The notes under the pieces are model-generated. The model had not been told where the DNA came from. It saw nothing but the letters and a program-made list of their open reading frames with translations, and searched no databases. Shown here piece by piece: positions 1-8,441 of a stretch of DNA of 12,342 nt (position 1 is the first letter of the stretch; each line of letters begins with the position of its first letter). Both the position numbers and the translations under genes were made by a program. The stretch is from Candidatus Hermodarchaeota archaeon (lineage in GTDB: Archaea; Asgardarchaeota; Lokiarchaeia; Sigyniarchaeales; SOKP01): positions 1-12,342 of the forward strand of contig JBHLLP010000068.1 in NCBI GenBank assembly GCA_048885525.1. Reading direction: 5' to 3'.

Positions 1-30
1 GAAACGATGATTTCACGAATTATTTTTTTT

Positions 31-45
31 AAAAAAAATTTATAT
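31..45 (+). promoter_or_regulatory. Probable archaeal BRE/TATA promoter for ogt (leaderless-type spacing)
   Basis: A-tract followed by TTTATA at 38-43, about 26 nt upstream of ATG 69. AT-rich background weakens specificity. Confidence 0.45.
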
Positions 46-68
46 TCTATAGATTATGTTGAGAAGGC

Positions 69-626
69 ATGGAATATCGATCTTATACTACTTTTTCATC
101 TCCATTTGATACATTTACTATTGTATGGAAAGGATCTGGGTCTGAGCAACTAATAGAACGTATATTCCTAAGCGATCCGGACCAAAAATCAGAAATTAAG
201 GCCTTCAATTCGTTTAACCAAATTAAATTAGAATCTGCTGCATCAATTACTTTACTTGGAGAGAAAATTCAATATTTCCTTAAAGGTGAGAATATAGAGT
301 TTGATTTAGACATCCTTGATTTTACTAGATGTTTAGAAATTCAAAAGAAAGTACTCTTAGCAGATTTTAATATTCCAAGAGGATATATTAGTACTTATAA
401 GAGAATTGCTAACTATATTGGTATAACTAATGGAGCTAGAGTCATCGGAAATGCTCTAGCAAGAAACCCTTTCCCAATAGTAATTCCTTGTCATAGAGCA
501 ATTAAAACAAATGGTGACCTCGGGGGTTATCAAGGTGGGATAAAAATGAAACGTAAGTTGTTAGAAATGGAAGGTATAGAGATTTCTGAAAGAGGAAAAG
601 TTATAAGCAGTAAAATCTATTATTAA
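69..626 (+). CDS. ogt: Methylated-DNA--protein-cysteine methyltransferase (O6-alkylguanine alkyltransferase)
   Basis: Active-site motif NPFPIVIPCHRAI (PCHR), HTH segment IPRGYISTYKRIA...GARVIGNAL, and the typical C-terminal GGYQGG..MKRKLLEMEG. Confidence 0.96.
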   Translation: MEYRSYTTFSSPFDTFTIVWKGSGSEQLIERIFLSDPDQKSEIKAFNSFNQIKLESAASITLLGEKIQYFLKGENIEFDLDILDFTRCLEIQKKVLLADFNIPRGYISTYKRIANYIGITNGARVIGNALARNPFPIVIPCHRAIKTNGDLGGYQGGIKMKRKLLEMEGIEISERGKVISSKIYY

Positions 627-678
627 AAAGTATAAAAATAATTTTAAATAGAAGGAAGTGAAAGGTGGATTAAAATAA

Positions 679-1365
679 ATGAATAGAATAGGAATTTTAG
701 GTGGTATGTCGTATGAATCTACAATTAAATATTATGATTTACTTTTAGAGAGGTATTATGAGAAATTCAATGATTATAATTATCCTGAAATTTTAATTTT
801 CAGTCTGAATTTTCAGAAAGTTATTAGTTATGAACTTAGTGGAAATAGAGAAAAATATATTGAATACTTAATGAGTGGAATTAAATCACTAGAAAAAGGA
901 GGAGTTGCTTTTATAGTAATGGCAGCAAATTCTCCGCACACAGTATATAATGAGTTAGAGAATTTGTCAGAAGTACCAATTTTAAGTATCGTGAAAGCTA
1001 CATTTGAAAAGGCAAGGAAAAAAAAAATGAAGAAATTATTACTTCTCGGAATAAAATTTACGATGCAAAACACTTTTTACCAAGATTATTTTAATAAATT
1101 TGGTACTCAGGTTATAACACCTTCAGATGAGGAACAAAATATAATAGATAAAATGATTTTTGATGAATTAGTTATTGGGTTTTTCAAGCAAGAATCAAAA
1201 GACAATTTGCTGCGGATAATTAATCAATACCACGTAGATGGGGTTATTTTAGGATGTACTGAGTTACCGTTAATATTGACTCAAAATGACACAAAAAAAG
1301 AGTTACTTAATACAGTAGAGATCCATGTTGATGCTACATTAGATTATTATTTATCATTAAAATGA
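679..1365 (+). CDS. Aspartate/glutamate racemase family protein (YgeA/RacX-like), first catalytic Cys replaced by Ala
   Basis: N-terminal IGILGGMSYEST, central MAANSPH (usually C/T-N-T-x-H) and C-terminal ILGCTELP. SD-like aaggtgg upstream. Confidence 0.92.
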   Translation: MNRIGILGGMSYESTIKYYDLLLERYYEKFNDYNYPEILIFSLNFQKVISYELSGNREKYIEYLMSGIKSLEKGGVAFIVMAANSPHTVYNELENLSEVPILSIVKATFEKARKKKMKKLLLLGIKFTMQNTFYQDYFNKFGTQVITPSDEEQNIIDKMIFDELVIGFFKQESKDNLLRIINQYHVDGVILGCTELPLILTQNDTKKELLNTVEIHVDATLDYYLSLK

Positions 1366-1425
1366 ATTAATGTAAGTTTTTTTAAGACTCAAATGCTATT
1401 TATTATAATCACATTTTAGTGGTAA

Positions 1426-3708
1426 TTGCTTATTGGACGCTTTCAACTAACTACAGTGAAATTCAAAGATCTAGCACCAATAATATTAGTCATGGTCTTG
1501 CTTTTTCTCTCAACAGCATGTGCTAATATGCTTATTCCCAGTTATGCTGCTATACAAGAGGAATTTAATATTCCACAAGCATTAATTGCAGTTCCCGATG
1601 CCTTTTTTGTATTGATTAGTGCGTTTTTTTCTTTAGTTTGGGGCTATTACACTGACAGAATTAATAGAACCATGGTTATTATAGCTGGAGCTTTTTCATG
1701 GACAATTGGGATGATTTTAACTGCTTTATCAGCTACTTATTTTATGTTAGTAATATCTAGAGTAGCATGCGGTGCGGGATTGGGATGTGTTTTACCAGTT
1801 GGATACTCAATTATTTCAGATGCGATACCTCCGGAAGAGAGATCTGGTTGGTTTGGAACTTTAGCGATCTTAAGTTCCATATCTAACGGAGCAGGACAAG
1901 GTTTATCTTCCTTTCTAGGACCAATTTTTACTTGGCGATTCCCTTTTATTTTACTTTCAGTAATTAGTGTGATAGTAGTGATTATTCTCTTTTTTGTTAA
2001 GATCCCTCAACGTGGAGCGAGTGAGGATGAATTATTAGAATTAATTGAATTAGATTTAGAATATAGTTATCGAATTTCAAAAGAGGATCTAAAAACAATA
2101 ATTAAAAAAAAGTCAAATCGTTATTTAATAATACAAGGCTTCTTCATTGTTATCCCTGGTACTGTGTTAGTATATTTCACGACATCAATGCTACAACTTC
2201 AATTTTTTAATCAAATTCATCCGGACATAAGACTTCAGACAGCGACTATATTTGCAGGTATGGTTGGTATTGGCTATATACTTGGAAATAGTATTTTTGC
2301 ACGTCTAGGAGATATTTTATTTCGTCGAAATAAAAAAAATAGAGCTAGATTAGCCACTATATGTTTGATATTTTCGATCCCATTTGCTCTCGTTTTACTA
2401 CTTTCCTTACAACCAATTAATCCAGGTAAATTAAATATCGCTTATCCTAGTCACCTTGAAAAAATTCCAACTGACGAGCTTTTTATTTATATCTTACGCA
2501 CTATTGGTGAGATATTTGTAGCTTATCCTACGTATATTATATTCTTTATATTTGCTCTAATGGCTTCGATGTTAGGGGCTGGACCTGTAGCTAATAAGAA
2601 CGCAATAATGATAGATGTTAATATGCCAGAACATAAAGGAACAGCCGCTTCATTTTTTAAACTTTCGGAACAAATAAGTAAAGGATTAACCTTGTTAATC
2701 TCTTACACACTAATCTCAATACTTGGTAGTATTTTTAATATGATATTTTTTAGTATATTCTTCTGGGTCCCTGCTGCTATTTTTTGGTTATTGGCAAGTA
2801 GGAACGTAGAAGAAGATATGAGTGATAAGTCCAGAATTTTATCAGAAAGAAAACAAGTGAGTTTGATTGACTATATTTTCGAGCTTGAAATTCAAATGGA
2901 CAGAGCAATTCAAAAAGTTCAAGATTCAAAATATTATATTCGATCAGATCAGGATCGATTTAATGAATTACTTGATGATGCTTTGATAATTTATAGATTC
3001 TGTGAGCGTGAAGGTACTTCTCGGAGTATAACAAACATAGAAAAAAAGGCACATATTATGTATATAAAAGTTTTGTTGCTAAAACATGAAACAAACAAGA
3101 TTATAAGAGAATTAACAGATCAGACTTTGGAACTCAAGGAAAAAAGCCGCTTAAATAATGAACTAAAACAAATTTATCATAGAATAAACGATTGGGAAAA
3201 AAGCACTTTTGGAAAAATACAAACATATTACGAAGATGCGTATTTAAAAATAGTTGAGGCGAGATTAAATCAGAGAATAGATTTATTAAAAGGATTAAGC
3301 AAAATATCTGATGCCATTAAAATTTATGAACGTGTTAAGTACTTATTAAATGAGAGACTTGAAATTATTAATGAAAAAACTGATTTATCTAAAGAAGAAA
3401 TTTTTGTAAGAGAAAAAGAACAAGAATTATTTGACAAATGTACAAATTCATTAAATGCTACAATTAAGTTAAAAAAAGAAATTGAATATGCTATTGATCA
3501 ATTAAAAGAAAAAGGTATTCAAAGAGATGATTTACGAAAAATCTCAGATCTTGCTCAAGAGTACCACGTGAATCTTGGGGATGTGATAATTGATACATTT
3601 AAGCAAGATGATGAAACAAAAGATGCGCTCATTGAAACTTTAGAAAAAATTGATGAAAGCTTTCATCAATATCAAAAATGGAAAGAAGTAGACTTCAAAG
3701 TTTTTTAA
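1426..3708 (+). CDS. MFS transporter (Spinster-like) fused to a ~300-aa C-terminal alpha-helical soluble domain
   Basis: About 12 hydrophobic segments in aa ~15-457, motif-A variant WGYYTDRINR, and SRVACGAGLG..P...SIISD..PPEERS typical of MFS. aa ~460-760 are charged and helical. Start uncertain (TTG 1426 or GTG 1456). Confidence 0.9.
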   Translation: MLIGRFQLTTVKFKDLAPIILVMVLLFLSTACANMLIPSYAAIQEEFNIPQALIAVPDAFFVLISAFFSLVWGYYTDRINRTMVIIAGAFSWTIGMILTALSATYFMLVISRVACGAGLGCVLPVGYSIISDAIPPEERSGWFGTLAILSSISNGAGQGLSSFLGPIFTWRFPFILLSVISVIVVIILFFVKIPQRGASEDELLELIELDLEYSYRISKEDLKTIIKKKSNRYLIIQGFFIVIPGTVLVYFTTSMLQLQFFNQIHPDIRLQTATIFAGMVGIGYILGNSIFARLGDILFRRNKKNRARLATICLIFSIPFALVLLLSLQPINPGKLNIAYPSHLEKIPTDELFIYILRTIGEIFVAYPTYIIFFIFALMASMLGAGPVANKNAIMIDVNMPEHKGTAASFFKLSEQISKGLTLLISYTLISILGSIFNMIFFSIFFWVPAAIFWLLASRNVEEDMSDKSRILSERKQVSLIDYIFELEIQMDRAIQKVQDSKYYIRSDQDRFNELLDDALIIYRFCEREGTSRSITNIEKKAHIMYIKVLLLKHETNKIIRELTDQTLELKEKSRLNNELKQIYHRINDWEKSTFGKIQTYYEDAYLKIVEARLNQRIDLLKGLSKISDAIKIYERVKYLLNERLEIINEKTDLSKEEIFVREKEQELFDKCTNSLNATIKLKKEIEYAIDQLKEKGIQRDDLRKISDLAQEYHVNLGDVIIDTFKQDDETKDALIETLEKIDESFHQYQKWKEVDFKVF

Positions 3709-3715
3709 AAAAGAA

Positions 3716-3982
3716 TTAATTATTTAACTCACACTTCAATAACTCTCGCATTTGAATTCTTTCTTGCTCAGAAAGCTCATGTAGCGATTTACCTTTATTA
3801 TAAGTATAATCAGGGGATTCTGGATTAAAACATAAATTAACCAAAAGAATCAAACAGTTTCTGACACGTAATGCATTTGATATTTCTTTATCAAGTTCCT
3901 TCATTAAACTAATTAGAGCTTTATATCTCTTTACCTCGCTATTTTCACAGATTTTCAATATCTTGTCTAAACAGTCTTCCAT
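3716..3982 (-). CDS. Hypothetical small alpha-helical protein (88 aa)
   Basis: ATG start, fills otherwise empty space, converges on the MFS stop 7 nt away, amphipathic helical composition. No family recognised. Confidence 0.7.
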   Translation of the reverse strand: MEDCLDKILKICENSEVKRYKALISLMKELDKEISNALRVRNCLILLVNLCFNPESPDYTYNKGKSLHELSEQERIQMRELLKCELNN

Positions 3983-4112
3983 TTTGAAAAAAAATCCCTT
4001 AATTTTTTACACTATATTTATTGCTTAAGCAGATAGATAATGAATTAAATATTTAATTATATTTATTGTCGATTTTCTCATAGGAAAAAAGGTATATTAC
4101 AGTTATACTATT

Positions 4113-4391
4113 CTAAAATGGATTTTTGATTTCAATAAATATCAACCCCATTCTCTTAGGAAAGATTCCAATTTGATCTCCATTTTTAACTTCTTTACTC
4201 GGTTCAGAATATTTATTATTAATAAAGATATGACTAATCTCTTCCTGTTTTATTCTGAATCTATCTAGAATATCGAGTACAGTTTTAATATTATCGATTT
4301 CAATATCTAAACTACTAGGCATTCCATTACCATTGTTGAATCGAGGTGCTTTTTCACTTAAATCTCCGTATAATTTTATTCTAATAGGCAT
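4113..4391 (-). CDS. MoaD/ThiS-like ubiquitin-fold (beta-grasp) protein lacking a terminal Gly-Gly
   Basis: IRIKLYGDL...TVLDILDRF.I....SHIFINNK......VKNGDQIGIFP matches the MoaD/SAMP pattern, but the protein ends KRMGLIFIEIKNPF. Confidence 0.85.
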   Translation of the reverse strand: MPIRIKLYGDLSEKAPRFNNGNGMPSSLDIEIDNIKTVLDILDRFRIKQEEISHIFINNKYSEPSKEVKNGDQIGIFPKRMGLIFIEIKNPF

Positions 4392-4567
4392 ATAATATTA
4401 TCCCTAGAAGTTGAATATCATAATCAATCAAAATTGGTAATGATTATAGTTGAAAAATATAAAAGCGTAATCCTTTAAGAATAAAACAAGTTAAACTCAA
4501 TATAAACTTTCCTTTTATGAATCTAAAATTAATCTTTATTAAAAGTAAAAAGGATTTTATGGATGAG

Positions 4568-5116
4568 TTAGACTTCGATGCTTTGCACAAAACTATCAAT
4601 AGCTTGTTCTAAGTCAATAATATCTTCTACATCTTTAATTTCAGAACTAGCTAACCTAGCAAGGAATTCTTTAAGAAGCTTTTCTTTTGCTTTATCAGTA
4701 GGAAATAATAAGCTCGCTTTATAATGCTCCCAATCTAATATATTAGTAAATATAAGAAACAGAACTTCCACGTGTGAATACTCAATTAACCCTTGCAGCT
4801 TTTCTCTTGTAATCATTATTTTAGTATGATCGGTGTAAAAATCAGATAAGTCATCATAATAATTTGTTAAACGAGCGATATTATCGAGTTGTGTATGTAG
4901 TGCTGCTTGATTTATAGGACTATTTTCATCCTTATACATGATATCAAAATATGTATTAATGAAATCCTTTAGCTTCTGAAGCTTCTGCTGAAAGACTCTA
5001 GTCTTCACTATCCTTTCAAACATTGGGGATTCTTTATATCTGTAAAATTTAAGCTCAAACTTAACGATATCCAATATATCAAAAAATAGTTCTCGAATAT
5101 CGACCCCTTCTGCCAT
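4568..5116 (-). CDS. Hypothetical acidic all-alpha protein (182 aa)
   Basis: Uninterrupted ORF with a strong SD (GAGGAGG) just upstream of the ATG. No family recognised. Confidence 0.85.
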   Translation of the reverse strand: MAEGVDIRELFFDILDIVKFELKFYRYKESPMFERIVKTRVFQQKLQKLKDFINTYFDIMYKDENSPINQAALHTQLDNIARLTNYYDDLSDFYTDHTKIMITREKLQGLIEYSHVEVLFLIFTNILDWEHYKASLLFPTDKAKEKLLKEFLARLASSEIKDVEDIIDLEQAIDSFVQSIEV

Positions 5117-5121
5117 AATTT

Positions 5122-5128
5122 CCTCCTC
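5122..5128 (-). promoter_or_regulatory. Shine-Dalgarno site for the 182-aa ORF
   Basis: The + strand cctcctc reads GAGGAGG on the minus strand, 5 nt before ATG 5116. Confidence 0.75.
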
Positions 5129-5276
5129 TTTGATAAATTCTTACTAGTCTATTAAGCATTTATTAAATTAATTTCTTTAATAATACAATTCTAAATAAAA
5201 ATTTTACAATATTTATATTTTTATTTTTCTTATGTCGAAAAACGGACATTAATTACTTAAATTTAATATAACAGTA

Positions 5277-6266
5277 TCAAAACTTTATAGGAAATGTATG
5301 ATTTGAAATAATTGGTTCTAAACGTTTAATAGGAATTGTTAAGCTTTCTCTTCTCTTGACTAATTTCTTGAATGTTATAGCTTTTGCATGAATTTTAACG
5401 ATTCTTAAAGGGCATCGAATCATAAAATTCATGTTATTACGAGGCATTCTTCTCAATTGAAGAAATTCAGAAAAGAATTTCTGTGCTTTTTGCTGTGATT
5501 TAGGTTTTTCAAATAAAATAAAACGTTTAGTAATGTTTTTTAGATCTTTTGAATCTCGATAACAATAATAATTTGATGCTTTTAACGCCCATTTTATTGC
5601 TTCAAGTTGATATTTCGTTGGATTTAAATTTCTAAGGAAAGATATCGCTAAAGAAAATAGACAGATCATTAGATTCATAACAGTACTTCTAAACATTTCT
5701 TGAAAAGTAATTTGAATATTTGGTCTTATATCCTCTCTTAAATCTTCTCCGTAAAGTATTGAACTGTTTATTAAAATGTTTCCAAGTACTATATTTCTCG
5801 GAGCAAAAATTGATGAAAATACTTTATTTACTCGAAATATTTTATGAAAGATAACATCTTCCCAATATTTCTTTTTAGTTAAAAAGTGACTCATAAATAT
5901 ACCAGTAGTTTGGTTAACTACTCCTAAAATCTTTTTAGAGAGATTCTTACTATACTCTCTAAAATTATGTTTAATTTCTAAAGCAATAAAATATTTCTCG
6001 ATCTCCTTAATATGGCGATTTGAAACTCGGTTCTTAAAGATGACTAATAAATCACAATCAGATACCTTTGTTACCTCTTCACTACTTTTTGCTCTTTGGC
6101 TACCAAATAGCAAAATTGATAAAACTTTGTTAACCCCAACTTCTCTATTAATAAGTTTAATAATATCTTTAATATAATTACGGGATTGTTTATTAATCCC
6201 GTTTAACTTATTAGAAATTCCCTCTCTAATTTTTTTGTTACTTTCGATGATACGAATTTCTATCAC
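5277..6266 (-). CDS. Pol-beta superfamily nucleotidyltransferase domain protein, basic, with helical C-terminal region
   Basis: SILLFGS-x10-SDCDLLVIF matches the hG[GS]...DxD signature. GTG start. Confidence 0.82.
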   Translation of the reverse strand: MIEIRIIESNKKIREGISNKLNGINKQSRNYIKDIIKLINREVGVNKVLSILLFGSQRAKSSEEVTKVSDCDLLVIFKNRVSNRHIKEIEKYFIALEIKHNFREYSKNLSKKILGVVNQTTGIFMSHFLTKKKYWEDVIFHKIFRVNKVFSSIFAPRNIVLGNILINSSILYGEDLREDIRPNIQITFQEMFRSTVMNLMICLFSLAISFLRNLNPTKYQLEAIKWALKASNYYCYRDSKDLKNITKRFILFEKPKSQQKAQKFFSEFLQLRRMPRNNMNFMIRCPLRIVKIHAKAITFKKLVKRRESLTIPIKRLEPIISNHTFPIKF

Positions 6267-6358
6267 ACTGATTCAAATAAGTAAAATAGATATTAAATAT
6301 TTAGTATTTTTCTTCTTTTATTATTTAAAATGTTAAATAAGATCTATTTCACAAAAAC

Positions 6359-7150
6359 TCAACGGAAATACGAATCAGGACCTCTATCATCGCTAGGTGG
6401 TTTCATAAACTGATCTGCTTGTTTTTTAAATGATTCAAAGACACTTTCCATTTCTTTAATCTTTTCATTAAGTTTCCTAAAATCCATCTCTATTGAAAAA
6501 TATTCTTTTAATAGTGTAACTAAAGCCTTAGAACTACGTGGATCTAATGTCATCATAGGCAATGGCAAAGTTTCTGCTAATAGACAGATTCCAGGTCCAA
6601 AATTATTTGCTCCCGCCCAAGCAGGTAGAATACCATTTGCTCCGGAAATATATCCACCCTCATACAATTTAGTGTTTTCCATTTTTAAAAACGATTGGAC
6701 TAAATCTTGATCAGTTCCACATACATAAACTAAGGGAGTATCATGTAAAATGTCAGAAATCATCGCACCGGTACTAACATACATCAAGATTTTTCCTCCT
6801 GTTATTTCATGCATTTCTTCACAAAAGGTTTTAGAAAATTCAAAAACTCCCTTTGGATTTTGCGGTTGGTAACTAGCAGTTAGAATGAAAAAATCATTTC
6901 CATCCTTTTTATCTGTTGATTTGTAATATACTTTTGCTGAAGGGATTTCTAGAGATCCTTTTTCTACAATTGATTTAGGAGGAAAATCGAAACATTGAAT
7001 GTTCATAAATTCTTCTGCATGTATAGAGTCTTTTATGGAAGTAATTGCTAGTTTTGCAACAAGCGCAATTCCCGGCCATCCTATTAATACAACGGGATTT
7101 CTAATGTTTTCTTTTTCTAATTCAAACTTCTTCTCAATATTTATATACAT
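6359..7150 (-). CDS. PAC2 family proteasome assembly chaperone (PbaA/PbaB-like)
   Basis: NPVVLIGWPGIALVAKLA, ISGANGILP, GICLLAET and DPRSSKALV motifs, followed by a C-terminal helix and a YFR tail. Confidence 0.9.
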   Translation of the reverse strand: MYINIEKKFELEKENIRNPVVLIGWPGIALVAKLAITSIKDSIHAEEFMNIQCFDFPPKSIVEKGSLEIPSAKVYYKSTDKKDGNDFFILTASYQPQNPKGVFEFSKTFCEEMHEITGGKILMYVSTGAMISDILHDTPLVYVCGTDQDLVQSFLKMENTKLYEGGYISGANGILPAWAGANNFGPGICLLAETLPLPMMTLDPRSSKALVTLLKEYFSIEMDFRKLNEKIKEMESVFESFKKQADQFMKPPSDDRGPDSYFR

Positions 7151-7165
7151 TTTTTTATCTAATTT

Positions 7166-7191
7166 CTTTATAAATTATTCTTTTATAAATA
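7166..7191 (-). promoter_or_regulatory. Tandem TATA-like boxes upstream of the PAC2 gene
   Basis: Two near-direct copies of TTTATAAAT in the 45-nt gap, suggesting PAC2 has its own promoter. Confidence 0.35.
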
Positions 7192-7195
7192 AAAG

Positions 7196-8299
7196 CTATT
7201 CTTTTTCATTATTTATTTGAAAAAATTTAAGACTTTCTCCACATTTGGGGCAGTATTTCTTTGGAGATTGTATAAGTGTTCCACAAAAAGGGCAATAAAA
7301 TCGGTTTTGAGTACCGATTTCTGGAAAGCTTGTACTTGCTTCTGATTCCATAGCATCCAAGGGCTGTTGTCTCAAGATTCTATAAGATTCTTGATATAAT
7401 TCCCTTTCAGGATAATAACCTTCTTGATATTGTATTTTTAATTCTTTTTTAGCTTTTAAGGACGAAAATAATACAGTTAATAAACAAATAAATAATGGAG
7501 CAAAAAAGATGTCAATAATACTATAAAGAATATTGTATAGAATTAACATTCCAAAGTTTCTTGTTAGGGGATTATACCAGCTATTTATAATCGGAACTGT
7601 TGATTCATTGACTATAAAAAAATCTATAATGAGTGTAAAAATGTAGTCAATTATTAAAATTAGGAGTATATTAACAACAAACACACCAATTATTTTCCAG
7701 AAAGCTCCCTTTGCTATAGCACGCGCTTCTGAGATAGGACTTTTATCGATCTCCATATTGTAGGTGAATATTAAAAAAATGAAAAATCCAAATATAATAA
7801 TTGCAGGTATATAAAATAATACGGCCCCTAGAGGTAAAAATATACCGATAATTAGAATTACGAGAAATATCTTCTTATTAAATGCTGATTTAAATGATTT
7901 TACAAAACTTACATCTTCATCCATATACCTCCTAAAAACATAATTACTTACCGAACACATAGCAATAGTAATAACTACTGCCCCTATGAGATTTTGTAGA
8001 AAAAGAAGAACTATTGTCATGAAAAGAAAATAAATTAGTGTATTTAATTCACTCTCTGTAAGAGATTCGTCCTGAATGAATTTTTCCATTAAATCAGGAA
8101 TATTTATTCCTATGGTATCAATTTGCCAACTCAGATCAGTTAACAATAAAACATTTAAAACGATCAATAATATTTGGAACAAAGCCAGTGGTATAATTAA
8201 AGTTCTATACGATTGTAAAAACAATTTAAATCCATCTGTAAGTATTTCACTGAAGCTTTTATTAGCGAGATTTATCAATTTATGTGAATTTTTTTCCAT
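7196..8299 (-). CDS. Multi-pass membrane protein (about 5-6 TM; YciC/GDPD-membrane-domain-like layout) with a C-terminal zinc ribbon
   Basis: N-terminal SFSEILTDGFKLF, hydrophobic blocks, SPISEARAIAKGAFWKIIG segment, and C-terminal CPFCG-x9-CPKCG. Confidence 0.82.
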   Translation of the reverse strand: MEKNSHKLINLANKSFSEILTDGFKLFLQSYRTLIIPLALFQILLIVLNVLLLTDLSWQIDTIGINIPDLMEKFIQDESLTESELNTLIYFLFMTIVLLFLQNLIGAVVITIAMCSVSNYVFRRYMDEDVSFVKSFKSAFNKKIFLVILIIGIFLPLGAVLFYIPAIIIFGFFIFLIFTYNMEIDKSPISEARAIAKGAFWKIIGVFVVNILLILIIDYIFTLIIDFFIVNESTVPIINSWYNPLTRNFGMLILYNILYSIIDIFFAPLFICLLTVLFSSLKAKKELKIQYQEGYYPERELYQESYRILRQQPLDAMESEASTSFPEIGTQNRFYCPFCGTLIQSPKKYCPKCGESLKFFQINNEKE

Positions 8300-8324
8300 A
8301 TTCCTTATAAAAGAATGTTTTGTG

Positions 8325-8340
8325 TTTATATAATATTATA
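8325..8340. promoter_or_regulatory. TATA-like element in the divergent intergenic region
   Basis: TTTATATAA at 8325-8333 lies about 26 nt upstream of the minus-strand ATG (8299) and overlaps the palindrome TATAATATTATA (8329-8340). Confidence 0.45.
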
Positions 8341-8441
8341 ATTTTTTACATAAAGATATAATTGTATTATTTATTTATTACATTAGAAGAAAGTCTGTCA
8401 ATTAAGGATTACCAATTTAAATAATTTTAATTTATTGGTTT

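Noticed and set aside
1-40. T8-A8 palindrome (23-38) and a possible minus-strand GTG start at 14-16
   Set aside because: Homopolymer palindromes are trivial in AT-rich DNA, and five codons are too few to call a gene.
828-1073. 81-aa minus-strand ORF
   Set aside because: Antisense shadow lying fully inside the racemase gene, with no motifs.
3716-6266. NTase + Ubl + hypotheticals as a CBASS or ubiquitin-like defence operon, or an MNT-HEPN toxin-antitoxin pair
   Set aside because: No E1, E2, JAB or effector gene, no HEPN motif, gaps of 130-176 nt between genes, and housekeeping-like surroundings.
6999-7220. 73-aa plus-strand ORF
   Set aside because: Antisense to PAC2 and the zinc-ribbon gene end; its F/S/N-rich composition reflects AT bias.
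8076-8333. 85-aa plus-strand ORF
   Set aside because: Antisense shadow of the membrane/zinc-ribbon gene.
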